Positions 27,801 to 42,095 of a stretch of DNA of 64,000 nt are shown piece by piece. Under the pieces are notes generated by a model. That model was not told where the DNA came from, ran no database searches, and worked only from the letters and a program-made list of their open reading frames with translations. This DNA is from Tubulanus polymorphus (taxonomy: Eukaryota; Animalia; Nemertea), in NCBI RefSeq assembly GCF_964204645.1, contig NC_134026.1, positions 8,765,950 to 8,829,949 of the forward strand, in the 5' to 3' direction. The stretch's first letter is position 1, and each line of letters opens with the position of its first letter. The translations under genes were made by a program, and so were the position numbers.

Positions 27801-30390
27801 GGATCTAGACGGGAGGACAAGGAGCATGTGCTCCCGTCGCAATTCTCTTGTGCCCTTTTGAAAATACGATGAAAAAAATTTTAGGGAACTTTTTCCCCCA
27901 CCCCTTATATTCTCTTTAATGTCCCTCAAGTGCATATAAATCGCATCAATAAGATACAATGACATTACGAAATGTTTGGCTTGGGCTCGCTCTTCGTGCA
28001 TACCTGCCCGTTTCTATCTTAAAATAGGAATTGACCCTGTTACTTATTTATTTGGTAGATTTCATTTGATTTTTTCCTTTGATTTTGGCGTCCCTTAAAA
28101 ACCAACCCACCTGCCGGGAGCGAAACAGGGGGTTTGATTTTGAAATCGGAAATCGAAGTACAGATGTAGTTGTGTGCTTGCCCTTTTTAACAGTATACCC
28201 TTTTTATTTCTAAGTGCTCAGGACTGTCAAAGTCTGTCCCTGGATTCGCCCCTGAATTCATTGTACTTGAAATGTTCTTCGTTTATTCAACAATACTTCG
28301 CCTTCCGTGACAATAATTAGAAAATGATGATTCAAGCTCACAGTGGCAACTCTGGGCCTACGAGAAAAATTGTCGAAAATTATACACGTAGGCAAAGTTA
28401 AATTTTTTATGCGTTACTTAGCAGCTTTCTTTGATCAAATTCTTCTGAACGGCTTGCGGAGAAGATTCCCGACGCGCACCGAATGACCCTTTTTTAAAAG
28501 GCATTAGTTGCCTCATCGAGACTAGGAAACAATGACATTACGCATCTCTGTAGTACACTTGAAACGAATTTTAACCGGAGTGTTTACAAAAACACTTCAC
28601 GTTGATTTTTTCCTAAAAGCTGGTCCGTACTGACAACGCCGAAGACGAAGCCGTGTCGATTGTTCGCTTTGAATCTTTTTTCGGTCAGAGTAGCACTATA
28701 CATTCACTATAAATATATCATGTAGACATAATTTGATTAATTCAAAACGTCTTCGTCAGCAGTTCATCGCGTACGTAACTTGTACGAACGTATACTAACT
28801 AGCCCCTTGCTACAGACCCGTGCCGAGCTTTTTTGAGGGTCAGTGCTATGTCAAGAAAAGGGCCCCTTTCCACCTTGAAAAGGGGCACTTTCCTATTGAA
28901 AAAGGACAGACCTTAATCTATGAAGTGCCCCGGGTACCTGAATAAAATAAATTTGAGAATGTATTATTTTTTATTTTCCGAAAAAAAAATCACGAATTGT
29001 ATCCAAATTTCGAAAAATCTTGACCCAAATTTTTTGACACTGACTTTTTGAAAGGCACTTTGAATATTTTAGGGGAATCGTTCGCTACCTCCTCGGCATG
29101 GGCCTTTAATACTGTCTATCCCGAAATGTTTACCTATATATGGTCACTGCCCTTGCTTTGTGTTGAACCTCAGCATGTTTTTGCCTTCACAGTTCATCCT
29201 ATCGCTTAGGCAAATGATCAATTAGTCAATTTATATCTCAAGAGATGAAAGGGTTGTTCGTCCTTCAAGGGTCCAGGGATCGGTATCAGTTTCACAAAGC
29301 CGCCTTAATCACCAATCAACCATTAATCATTGATGAGAAAATTAACGAGCAGTGGCTACAGGTATTGTAGCAACCGCTTCTTTAATCGCTGAATGAGAAA
29401 TGGCACCTGCCCTCTTAAAAATAGAATTCGGAAGATATAGAAGTTTACCCTTAGTATGTCTGCTAGTATGTGTAATAAAAATGAAGTATTTAGAGTCAGA
29501 ATTACATTTCCTTTGTGAATTTAACGCATATCACGATTTAAGAAATGACCTATCCAACAAAATTGGAGTGCTAACTGTTGATATAACATCCCTTTCAAGT
29601 ACCGAGGTCGTAACTCGAATTCTACACAATCATAAAATAACTAGATATATTTGCATCTATATTGAAAGGGCGTCCTTACGACGTGACGGTAATACGCCAT
29701 GAATATGTTATATTTGTATGAAAATTTGTGTCTTGTAAGCCTTTTATAGGCTGGCTTTACTTGTTAAAATATTGATGACACTCTAATAAACTATAAAAAG
29801 AAAAAAACAAGAGAAAATAAAGGAGAAAACAAATTACACAATGTTTACATAACATCATACCATATATAATACTTTATTATCTATTTTTTTTTTACAAATA
29901 TCAATTTTCTTCATACTTAAAATACAAAGCCATCTCTCTGTCAAATCACCAGGTTCAATAACAAGTTACATCATATATATCGTAATGCACGTGGACAATA
30001 ACATTAAAATCATTTTTCGCAGACTGACCTTCACTCAAAACACGTTATCCATTTTCAGCGCTCAAATATGTACATATGTATATCGATTTAGTAATGTTTA
30101 TCATATGCCGGAGAAAAGCGAGTTAACTCAATTAATAGTTTCAGTAAGGGATAGACACTATGTCGGTTACTGACACTAAGTATACGTTGATGATGTTAAT
30201 TTTCTTTGACGTGAAACGGTCGCATATTACAAACCGATCCGATTCGCATCCAAATTAATATATTTACCCGATTTATTCAAATAACGCATACCCCCGGTAT
30301 AGTTCAACTCGGTACACTGCGCTGTTGTTTTCCTGAAAGTAGGCGATTGAAATGTTGCGGAGTACGCCTTAAGAATAAACCTCGCAAGGT

Positions 30391-30635
30391 CAGGGGCGGA
30401 TTTAGGGGGTGGTCTCGGGGGTACGAACCCCTGCCTTTCCATTGAGGTATTAAGGATGCCCTTTTCGTCAAGACAAAGATCGTTAAAACCTATATAGATT
30501 TGACACTCGTCCTTTCGGAAATTGCATATTTTTGGATGTATTTCTTCAAAAATATCTACGTAACACCGACGGTGTGATCCCTGTGGCATAGCTAATAAAT
30601 CTCAAAATCTATCGGATTTTCCTAGATCCGCCCCG
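30391..30635. mobile_element. CAGGGGCGGAT-family MITE (hAT-like)
   Basis: CAGGGGCGGATTTAGG...CCTAGATCCGCCCCG; relatives at ~5788, ~27795-28254, ~42829-43061 and ~53069-53322. Confidence 0.7.
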
Positions 30636-32134
30636 AAGGTTCGCTCCCTTAAAAGTATAGATAACCGGGGGAAATCAGTGTATTTTCGATTGCATATCTC
30701 CCTGCCGCCAAATGATAGAATACGCTTCATTCAAATCCCAGGTCCCATCTCGTGTTGGAAAATAGGCTACCAATGTATCTAAAAAAAACGTCGTCAGTAG
30801 TCTTTGATATTCAAGGAGAGGACTAGCCTAATTCAAGTTATAATCAACATCACAATCTCATAATAGGATATTTTCCATGATGTGGTTTCCTAATTTTTCG
30901 AAACAATGCTTTTTCATTCATATCTATACAAGTGTGGATTTCTTGTTCGACTCGACCTCTTTTGGTAACGGAGCCGATGTAAAGAACAGTCTTTTTCCAA
31001 ATCTTCTGACCGAATATTTATTCGTTGTCAAATAGATTCTAACCACTATCCGTGGAAACTGGATTCAGTCGCATCCAGTATGTCAATTTTTGATTTTTGT
31101 TTCACTATGGAAAAGGTATATAGTTTGCCTTATCGATGACGCGTTGTGCAACACAGTATAATTTTCGATTATGTACAAATGATATGTTTTCAATAATAAT
31201 TACGTAATCATTGATAATAATGATAATGATGATGATAATCTTTAATAACCATTTAACAAGAAACAAACAAACAAACAAATAAGCAAGTATACCAATGCAC
31301 GTCATTAACATAAAATTCATATAAACAAATTTTCAATTTCGAATGCCTCATGATAAATACCCTGGCTCAACCTGAGTTTGTGCTATATAAATGCAAATAG
31401 CCGTAATATCATTAAACAAGGTATTAGCTATCGTAACCAGGGTAAAAGTTTAATTTAATTCAACAAGCCATATTATCATCCCTATACCTCTTTATCAATA
31501 CGTTGTATTGAGAACTGTATCCGGTGATTGCCACGAAAAAAATCTTCGTAATCTTTTTTTTTCATTCAATATCTCATTCTTATCGACGTGAGAAGTAACC
31601 GCGGACTCGTTTTAGGGTCCGGCACAATTTCGCGGTAACTACATTCAAGTCATTCAAACTTCAATCGATTATTACAACGATGTCCCGAGACTTCGTTTAC
31701 TTGCGCCACAATCAGGGCACCAACGCCTACACTTGAACCTCGCGGTCAACTGAACCGGGTAGAAAATTTCAAAATATGTCAATAGATTCCATGATTGCCA
31801 ATACTTTAACGACGATGATTCTAGTCCGTAGATTAAGAATTTGAGCTAAAATCGATACACTAACCCGAGATCTTAAAAAGTCGAATTTTTTTCTCGATGG
31901 CAAAACAAAGCACCATTCGAACTCACCGCTAGTACATGCGATAGATACCGCCATGATGATTCTAGGGGTACATATTTACACACTACAATACTTAAGTTCA
32001 CCTCTGAACCGAGAGACATTTGTGTCGGTGACTTTTGAACATTCGATTTAAAAGGCTCAAAACACTCGTATTCTATATGTATATATGGTAGTTCGTGGTC
32101 ATGTTAGATTTATACTTGTACACGGAGTCGGATT

Positions 32135-35100
32135 TCAGCGATGACCGATGTTTTGCCGATCGTGGATCGTAATTTGAACTCCGTCTCGCGGTACGATTGT
32201 GCCCCCTTCTCTGAATTCGAGCGGCACTTGAGTTTGCTCGCATCGTGTCAGCGTGTAATTCTGAAGGATTCTCACTAGCGACAATTTCATTTCCAAAAAT
32301 GCGAATCTCATCCCCACGCAGTTTCTCGGACCGGCGCCAAACGGCATCCACGCCATCGGGTGCCGCCTGGCTCCTCGGTAATCCGGGCTAAATCTGAAGA
32401 AAATAAAACGAAAATTTCAAATATCAAATGTTTTTACGATATTTTTTACCAAATGAAAATTTCTAAAGAAAATACAGTCGAAGTTCGTTATAACGCCATC
32501 ACTTTTCAATGCTACAGCTCCCTTAACGCCAACATATTTCAGAGAACAAATTTGCCCAATTTAACTCAAATTCAATGAAAATACCATTGTCTATAACGCC
32601 ATATTTTTCATCCGTCCCAATGGGTAACGTTATAAAAGACTTATTACTCTATTTAGGCAATAATGGTGAAATCGTTAGTTTGGTTATGATTTGATTACCT
32701 TTCTGGGTAAAACTCTTTTGGATCGACTGGTCCCCAAATATCGGGGTCGTAATGTATCGCCCAAACATTGGCCTGAACAACGGCACCCTTAGGTATGAAA
32801 ACACCATTGATCGTACAAGACTCCATGCACAATCTATTAGTTATCCTGAAAAATGAGAATAAAATTACACCATGTTTAGTATTTTGAGTCCTATCGTACC
32901 TCATAATTGGTACCATTATCCCTACATCCGTGCATTTGTTAACTGTGCATACTATCCGGGGGGACGATGCACAGGTTTTCTAAGTATCTTCAGAAATTTA
33001 AGTACCCCAGTGCCCAGTTGCGAGTATACATATCTAAAAAGTCGAATTTTAACTGGCTCCTTCATTCTTGTTATTAATCATACAAACGAAGCGACGATTA
33101 TCCGAAGAAATATATTTGTATACCAACATTCGAAAGCACATTCAACAAATTTCCAAATGATTACTAAACAACATCATCTATAGGCGTAATGTTGCTACAT
33201 CATGTTTTCACGATGCAAAGTTTTTTTTTTCAATCGGAAAATTTCGGTTTGGGCTGTTTCTAGTGTATTTATGTTGGTAACAGGATCGACCTTGACTTTT
33301 GAGAAATTTATCACTCGTGATGAACTATATCATGCTGTAGGTAATTATTGATATGATAGACGTATGGTACTATAACAGTACTTAAATGTTGTACCGGGTA
33401 TCGCTTTTGAAAATTATCACGTAAGTTATGTAACTTAACATGTCCATGTATGACAGTTCAAAACTTTGCCCCAAATGGAAAGGCAAAACTATGAACTATT
33501 TTTGTTGTATTTTCATTTTCAAAATACGTGTACTCATGCGCAGACGTTTTTTATTAATTGCTTGGAGTATGGATCCGTACCCCCCCCCCCCCCGAATTCT
33601 GCAAAATCTTCAAATAAAAACAGTTTTTTGTCCTCCTTTGTGTTTTCATCACAATTTTTCAACAAGAAAAAAATATTTTGTTGTTATATTCATCTTGATT
33701 TTAATCTCGTGATTTTTCGTCTCTCCGAACAATTGATTCAAATTGATCAAAATTTCCACTACGTTTTATTTTTTCTGCAGTCCTTCCGAGGTTTATGCGT
33801 GGAAAATGAATAAATTTTATTTTTCTCCAGTTCCCCTCAATTTTGAAACGCTTATTATAAAATTTAAAAAAATAATTTCTATTTTTTTCCCTTCGCCTCC
33901 CGTTCATTTCTCGAAAAACAATCCCTGCTCCAAGTAATTAAAAAGAAAGCCTTATCGGGCTCGGCAACTTACGTCGATACGAGTGGGTATTTCCGTAAAA
34001 CCTCGGAAATAACCATTTCCATATACGGCATATTATGAACCATATCATAGGTCAACTCGGCCTGGAACCGGAAAAGAAAGTTTTAACCAGTTTTCACAGT
34101 AAATCAAAAGCACCGATTATTTGTACATTATCCAAGATAATTTGATATCGAAATCACGATATTCTGGTTTTAGTCGTAGAATTATTTCAGAGACGAAAAA
34201 CCCTTTACCTCTTTCGGGCAGAGCCGGTCAATCTCTTCTTGCAGCTTTTCTTGAACCGGTGGATTCATAACCAGCTCGTATGTGATGTACGCCATCGCCG
34301 TACTCGTCGTTTCATATCCGGCGAGTAAGAATAACACCGACTGAGCTTTGATTTCCTAGCACAGAAAAAAAGACACCGAAATTGATTATAGAAGATGATG
34401 ATGATAATGATGATATTACGCACGCACGCACGAACGCACGTACACACGATATCCATGATACCAGAAAAACACGAAAACAAGAATGCGGTAAAAACGACCT
34501 TAGTTCCGATGGTCTAGGAGTTGGTTTTATCTCTTACCTGCTGGGTGACTAAATCTGACTCAACTAACCAGGGATGAAATTATATTGACCTGGCCCCCTC
34601 ACTCATTTTATATGTAGTTTTGTATTTTCAAAAGAAATTCGAAATTGTGGCTCGTTTGTATACCTAACTTCGCATTTTATCATATTTCTCAAGTATGTTT
34701 GTGGGTACAAAAAGTCGGTATGGTATATATACAAAGTGCATGGCTGCCTCGCTAATTGAGAGGTGGATCGAACCACAATCATCCAAAGAATGATCCCGAG
34801 TGAGCTATGATTGTCTACATATTCCTATTCCTATTCGAAAAATATGCACTGGAACTTGCCCTTAATGATTTCACAGCGAAACAACTTTATTATGTGAATA
34901 CATTTGAAAACTAAAGTGATAGAAACTATATTTCTTCGCGTGTTTTTTTTCCGCCTAGATACGTACCTCGTGCGATAAGGCTTTTTTCGGAGGTTTGTCG
35001 TTCCAAACCGAATCGTAAGCAGTGCCGTTCGCGTAACCGTTCGCGTGGCCGTTCGTCGTCGTCACGTGGCCGTTTTTTAGTTTGCCGTTCAGACGTGGCG

Positions 35101-38100
35101 AGCAGCTGGCCCGGTTGTTATCCGCGTGAGTGCCGTTCGCTTGTTTGACGCCGATTTCGTCCTCGTCGCTGCCATCCGTGCTGATTCGCGTATTTGAATC
35201 TCGCGTCATCGTCAATTTGGAATAGCTTCGCGTCGACACTTCTTCGGCGTCGAGCATTAGCTGCAATAGGTCTACTCGCCGGTACTGAAAAATTCAATCA
35301 AATGCCTTGTCATTCACGGCTCCTCCTCGGGGGCATTCGAGTTATCTTCTTTTTTTTCTCGAAGATCAGCCATCAGTATATTATGAATATGAAATGAGTT
35401 TCCATGGCAACGGGAACTTTGATATTCTCTCATTAACTAATAAAACCTGCAGTTTTTGTTAATAAAGTACATACGTACTTCTTCATTTTTACGAAGTGTA
35501 ATAATGTTCGCAAGCGCGCTAGTCAGCCATTTCGTCGGGTCCTCTTTGAATTGGTGGATCAATTTCAGCAATAAATTCCAGAACTTTCCGAACTCGGGGA
35601 TCAGTACTACAAAACAATGTTTTATATCTGTAATTTGTTAGGTCTGTTGAGATATCTTGTGTAAATAAATATTATCATTATCATTATCATTAACAAAACA
35701 AAATTTACGGGATTCCAATAATGATTTGTGGCATATTGATCTATTGAACTTTTAATTGATGAGGGAATTAAAATGAGTGGTAAAACTATCTTACGAGCTA
35801 TCATAAGAAGGAACGGCCTCGTCGAGCCATCCATGAATATTTGTCGACACCGGAATAAGAACGGGTCGTTCGGGTCTTTCTGCGACTGTACGTCCATTCC
35901 GAATGCGCAGCTGCCGATCACGTCTAGGGTCAAACCTTGATAACGTCTTCGGAAAAGAAGAGAAAGTTGAATATACAAATTACTATTCATCAATTATGAA
36001 TCGTGTTGATATCAATTAGCATATTAGATGTAATTGGAAATGCCATCATTTTTGCATGTCTGCGCCAGACTTTTAGTTGAATTATTCTGACCATTCCGGT
36101 ATTCAAAACGGACGGCCATGTGACAACGACGCCATATCGTGATACGTGATACCAAAATGGACGTTGGTTGGTTACTTACGAATATATTTCAATCGGTTCT
36201 CCAGTTTCATTGTGCGCTTTTAGTTTATCCATCATGTCATCGATTGACCTATGAATTAAGGGCGACATCTACGAAAAGAAATTATTACAACTTAAATCAA
36301 ACGTGGAACGTGGTGTTCAATATCAAGTTTATTCTTAAATATATATCGAACTGTTCAATGGTGAAAGAATTGTTCGCAGATATGGTCGATTTTGGTATCG
36401 AAAATTCGAAAGTACAAAATTGGGTAGATTTGACAACAAATAACAAAATCATAACAACAACATAATTCATTTTGAGATGAATATATTCTAACATTACGAT
36501 CGATTTCGTCGATTTATTTCAGCCTCATCAGGTGTGATAAAGTGATCAGCCCGCAGATATTTTTGTGGCTTATATGCCCTATGTGCATAGTTCACTTAAT
36601 CATACCCGATGAGGCTGAAATGAATCTGCGAATGAATCAGCGATCGTGTCAATAGAATGTATTTATCTCAAAATGAATTGTGTGTATTGTTTTGTTATGG
36701 CTTTATCTAGAAATTCGATTTTTGTTCGAAACATTGTAGGGATACGGGTGTGGCATTCCGAGCCGGGTATCCCCACGATTTGAAACGAGAAGTTAATCTT
36801 TACCAATTTCATCTTAGTCGCGCTGAATGTTGGATTTATTATCGTGCGCAATCGTTTCCACCTTTCTCCCTGGGCCGATAACATGTGCACAGCCGTGTCG
36901 TCTGGGTCCGGTTGAAGGGGATAATACTGGAAGAAAATGGAAATCGCGCTACAGACGGATAGATTTGATATTGTTACTCATTGAGATCAATTTCTCATTT
37001 TTTGCTCCCGTCTTCTCTTTCTTTATTCTCCCTCCCTCCATCCCTCGCAACCCCCCCCCCCCTCCCCGCCCCCTCCCTTCCCCTACTACATTTGTAAATT
37101 TGTTTTTTTTCGTTTTTGAATGGTTAAACTTTCTTGATTTTATTTTTCTGCTCTTCCGCGAAATAAGTACTGAAATTGAAATATTCCATTCAGGTGGCGG
37201 TATTTTGCCGAAGCGTTATATTGTGTTTGGAAAAACATTAGGTTTCACTTAAAATGCAGTTCATTAGATTAGAAAATGACCCGTGTCTTGTTCGGGTGGA
37301 TGATTGCCCTCAACAAAGAGCGGTTGGGCAGGCGATAATTCAACATCAGAAGGTTTCGTTAGGAAGATCAGAATCTCTTGCGAGCAATGAATTCAAAACT
37401 GGATCACCGATATGCATCCCAGATATATATATTTTTGACGTGTGAATTAAAGTCAGTGTATTTATAACGCACTGGGGGAAAGGTCACCTTCAAGTAAGTA
37501 GGGTACAGGTTACTTAAGATCCGATATCATTATTTATTCAACCGAACATTTAAAAAATCGGTTAAATCCGATACCAACAGAGGCAAAATCATTAGCCTCA
37601 ACTATTCTAAGGTCACATTCCGAACTTGCGGCGCGGGGCCGCGCGCGAAGAATCGATAATACCGTGATTTCCTCACGGCATCGGTTCTCAATAATAAGCC
37701 GAGACAGAAATGTGCTCGAAATTCGATCAGCCGCAAGGCAGTCACGGGCGCGTCCATACAACTCGGCGAAGATTATTTTGATCAAGTGAAAAAATACGAT
37801 TACCGAAGAAGTCGTATCGCGTCGAATAATGCACCACGTTCACCCCCACGAATCGAGTTCATATCACTCTGCATTATATTAAAGGAGGGGAAAGACACAA
37901 CACTTGACATTAAGTTATCTATCAAAAGGCTACATTCCATAGTAAACAGACACTTGTTTTGTTTTTGCTCTACGGTACTCAAATGAAAACATACTTGAAA
38001 AATCGTCGATACTGAAAGTGATTAATTGCTATTGAAATCACGCTCTCCAAAACTACTGTTTGGCTTGATTTTTTCTTTTTTAGTACTCCTATCTCTCCCG

Positions 38101-39770
38101 CCGGCAGTACACTTGAATACTTGCTATATTGTCACCAATTATGCCCTCGTTTTTATATGTAGACTGGAATCGATATCGTTCACTGCCTTAAGCAGTCGCA
38201 AATTACAAAGTTTCTTTTCGTTGCCATTTTGCGATGCCATCGTAGCTATCGTAGCAAAATCGTCGCTATTAAAAGAGGCCCGCCAGTTAAATCCCCTATT
38301 ATGACATCATCGTACTATACTTTAGATATTTCACTGCCATATTCTCTAAATAAAAGTGTAGCACCTTGATAACCGATTATTGCAACACTGCACCTGCTGT
38401 CAGGGTGACAACACCCAGCGTCCGAAGCCCCAAGATGTTGCCTTTCCATGTACCAAGAAAGTCCGTATCGCTCACCGATTGTATGAATCTAATTTCTACC
38501 AGCTCCATCTCCCATAGTTATATGGATCAAACACTTTTTGGCACTATTACAATGTCAGAGGGGATTTTGGAGGCAGTTTTCTTATTCGGGAGTGTCTAGC
38601 AGACAGACACGCAATAAATTCAAGGGATCCCAATATGGATGTCTTTTTGGAAAAGTCGTTTTATAGTGCACATGATAAATTATCATTATCGGTATATATC
38701 GCTATCTATGTTCTAAGCCCCAGATTTATCAAAATTGGCGTCGTTGATGCCGAAGATGTTATCAAATTATTCATCCCTACTAGCGCCTGAGGCTGATCGA
38801 ATAGTCGCGGAAAAATTGGATGTACACGCGATCAGAAGAGAACGTTTATCAATTTGATAGAAGTTGGTTGTTTGTCACTGTCGCTTTGGCGAAGGAACTG
38901 CGTATTAGTCAAGAGATGATTTAAGGTCTACTAGACGTATATACGCAACATATATAAATGATGCAAAGGCTTACCTTTCTGGAGTGGAAGTTGCTGAATT
39001 TTTTCACGAACACTTGTTTCAGAATCTCTAAATCCGACGTAACGATCACGGGAACCGGGCCTTCGTAATACCTGGAAAATTTAAATCGATATTAGTTCAT
39101 TTTGGATACGAAAGTATTTTTTTAAGAAACTTCGAAAACACGCGCACGCAATCCAACGAAACTTACCCAAATACGTTGCCGTATTTTTGCCTCCAATCCA
39201 AATACAGTCTAAACAAAGGCTGAAAAACAAAATAAAAACGTCATATTTCATTGTCTCCGATGCGATATCTTAAGAATCTACGAGTGAAATTTTGGATATG
39301 GATATCTTACTTTGTTTGCCATTTCAGCCAAGTTACCGAAAAATACGTCAGGTTGAGGCCCATCGATTCCGACTTTTTTCAAAAAGAGAAGTTTTGATTT
39401 TCGATACCTGGATTGAAAATATGACAGGATTTTACGATCAAAAAGATACTTTTGAATTTTAAAAAAAGGTAACTTTACCAATTAAAAGTTCATTCAATAC
39501 ATCATACAGTGGAACCTCGTTATAACGAACTCGGATACAACGATTCATCGGATATTACAAATATAGAATTTCGTCCCAAGTAAGAAAATTTGATTAATTT
39601 AATACTGGATATAAAAACGAACTATCGGTTATAACGAACATATTTTCTGGTCCGGTGAAGTTCGTTGTAACGAGGTTCCACTGTACATTATTCAAAGAAT
39701 ACATTTATACTCACCAGTAGAAAATTCCTAGGGCGCCTGCGATCGCTAGTAAAACGCTCGTCGCGAACAT
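32135..39770 (-). CDS. Cytochrome P450, clan 3 (CYP3A/CYP5-like), complete, 13 coding exons
   Basis: Exons (-): 39770-39715, 39407-39311, 39219-39167, 39071-38975, 36926-36804, 36268-36180, 35946-35795, 35606-35479, 35284-34967, 34355-34209, 34061-33973, 32845-32699, 32393-32135. N-terminal anchor, WKRLR, AGYETTST, EVLR, FYPERF, heme motif PFGAGPRNCVG. 5'UTR acceptor near 39801 and candidate non-coding exon donor near 40634. Confidence 0.96.
32475..32648. mobile_element. Tc1/pogo (Tigger-like) MITE, same family as 3565-3736
   Basis: TA|CAGTCGAAGTTCGTTATAACG start; interior homologous to the reverse complement of 3565-3736. Confidence 0.7.
36485..36658. repeat. Palindromic element with two decayed hammerhead-like motifs back to back
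   Basis: ATTTCAGCCTCATCAGGT / ACCCGATGAGGCTGAAAT inverted arms; - strand reads CTGATGAG-GCTGAAATAAATCGAC-GAAATCG. Confidence 0.6.
39507..39683. mobile_element. Tc1/pogo (Tigger-like) MITE, well preserved
   Basis: TA|CAGTGGAACCTCGTTATAACGAACT ... AGTTCGTTGTAACGAGGTTCCACTG|TA; 25-bp TIR with one mismatch. Confidence 0.92.
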
Positions 39771-42007
39771 GTTGCCGTCGAGTGTGTTGGAATCTACAGC
39801 CTGCGAAGAAGATTGAGAAGATTGAGAGAATTGAAAATCATGTTGATCAATATTTCTCCGAAAAACGCGAGGTCGCCCCGAGCTGTGTTTTCTGTGGTAA
39901 GTTGTTTATCGGCGCCGCGACGAAGCGACCCGTGAGCATTCGCGCGCAGTATGAAAGAAACATTCGGAAATAATGCAAATTTACCACAATTGGCAACCCC
40001 CTACCGGTGCGTGTATTCGCATGAAATTCCGTGTAAACAGCGGGTTTCTTTCGTAAAAAGACGAACGGACTTGCACTTTTCGGCGCTCTCGTGCTCGTAC
40101 TCGCCAACGACGACTCGGCGCCAACTACGATGCTTTCCCGGTGACCAAAGCTAGATATATACCGATAGATCTAATACCGCTCGCCGACGTAATGCCATTA
40201 GTAGCGCTATCGTACTTACAATGTTCTAGCGTTACTGTCGAAAAGTGTTACTGACGTATTGAAACCGTCAAGAGGCTCGGCCAACCACTTCGCCGATTAG
40301 CGAGCGCTCAAACGCGAGTATTGGTTGGCACGACATTTTGATGATAATGGCCTGTGTTATTTTAGTTCACTCCCCTTTAAAGACGTGATCCTCAAGTGCG
40401 CGACGAACGTTCGTTCGACTTTTCCTTTTCATGACAGCGCGCACAGCAGTTAGTAAAAGTCACGTTGCGAAGCCGATCTTCGAAAGGAAAATATGTTTTT
40501 CTCCACAACGTCAAATGGCAAGCTATTCATCGAAGCTAACCGCACAATGCGACAATATTTGAACAAACCGCAGTTATTGAAATAGCGGTATTATTGCCTA
40601 TTTTACAAATTGACAGAATTGATTTTTGCTTACCTGCGCGCCCTGCCTCGGTCGTCGACAACCAGCGCAAGAAAATGCTTTAATTCTTAAACGGGGATTA
40701 TTTATATACTCGTTATCAGTGAAGAGTTGAGTTTACTTAGTACTGTCACGATAAAAGATTGCCATTTAGGTGCACTACGTACAGAACATGGCTACCTGAA
40801 TTCAAATAAGTGCCAAAAAACGTGTCGCGATAGGAAAAAGTCAAATCGATATATAAATTTTAGTCAATAATTGTGTACTTGATGTTCATAGGTCGTAAGT
40901 CACGAAGCTAAGTACCGGGCAAGTAGATAACTGTTTTAGTCGTTTATCATACATGTATTTCTGAGATGAGAAAAAAATGTCTTTTTCGATATGCAAACGT
41001 TAGATAGCCGCGTCTATCGAGACCCATCGATGCTCATTGTTGTTGATGATATTCCATTGTAATTGTGTAACGATACTCAAGATGGAAATTGCTTTTTACA
41101 GTTTTCTGGCTAAGCACCGTCTCTAAAGCCCAATTTTACGTTCTTTATTTGCCACAAAGCCGGATGGTAAATATATTTATTTATCCGGGCTCCACTACAA
41201 AATATTTCCCTTCAAAGGAAAACTGATGTGGTTTCACCGTTGTGTAAATGTTGACAAATCCTCGTTTTTTGTAAAGGTCTTGGGGACGTAATTTTCTCGG
41301 AATTGATAACAGTATTGTGGAAATGCATTTAGAGTGACATTTGATACACGTAACTGCCTTGTGAGCGCCATCCCCTAAGCAGGCGCATGTGATATTTGGA
41401 CTGTGCGATATCACAAGGCAGGAAAAGACAGCGAGCTCAGCTGAATGACGACACAAACGCGCACTCGTTTACCTTGTTATCGGTGCGGAAAAAAAAACAG
41501 ATCAAAGAAGTACATTTGTCACTGCTTTCAAGCATTGAAGCGTTTCCTTTTCGTGTTGTTTCAAATGGTTCTAGAAGGAACATTTGCTTCTGTCTGAATG
41601 AATAATGTTGAAAATCGCACTGTAAGCCCGTGAATCGACGCGCGAGTGCTGAATGTATAATTCGCATTATAACAGAGAAGTATTTTTATACATAAATCTT
41701 CCGGGGGCAAATCGTTATGACAATTATTGTCTGTTTCGTAAATGTGACAGTTCAAACCAGTTGAATACTACACAGAACAACAATACGATTTATTATTTTT
41801 AATGTTTCATTATTAAGTCGTCGCAATGAATACACTTTCGAAGTGATTGAGATGACAGAGTGCCAGCGGCTGAGAATCAAACGAGTTTTTCCATTAATCA
41901 GTCTCGGCCGGCGCGCAGCCCGCCAACAATAATCATTTTTCAAAATCGTCTTGCCGTGAGAATCCGTATTAATGATATTTCCTCTGGCAACAGGTCAGCC
42001 AGTACAG

Positions 42008-42008
<1 letters not shown>

Positions 42009-42090
<82 letters not shown>
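42009..42090. repeat. (TA)n microsatellite, ~41 units
   Basis: Direct inspection. Confidence 0.99.
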
Positions 42091-42095
<5 letters not shown>

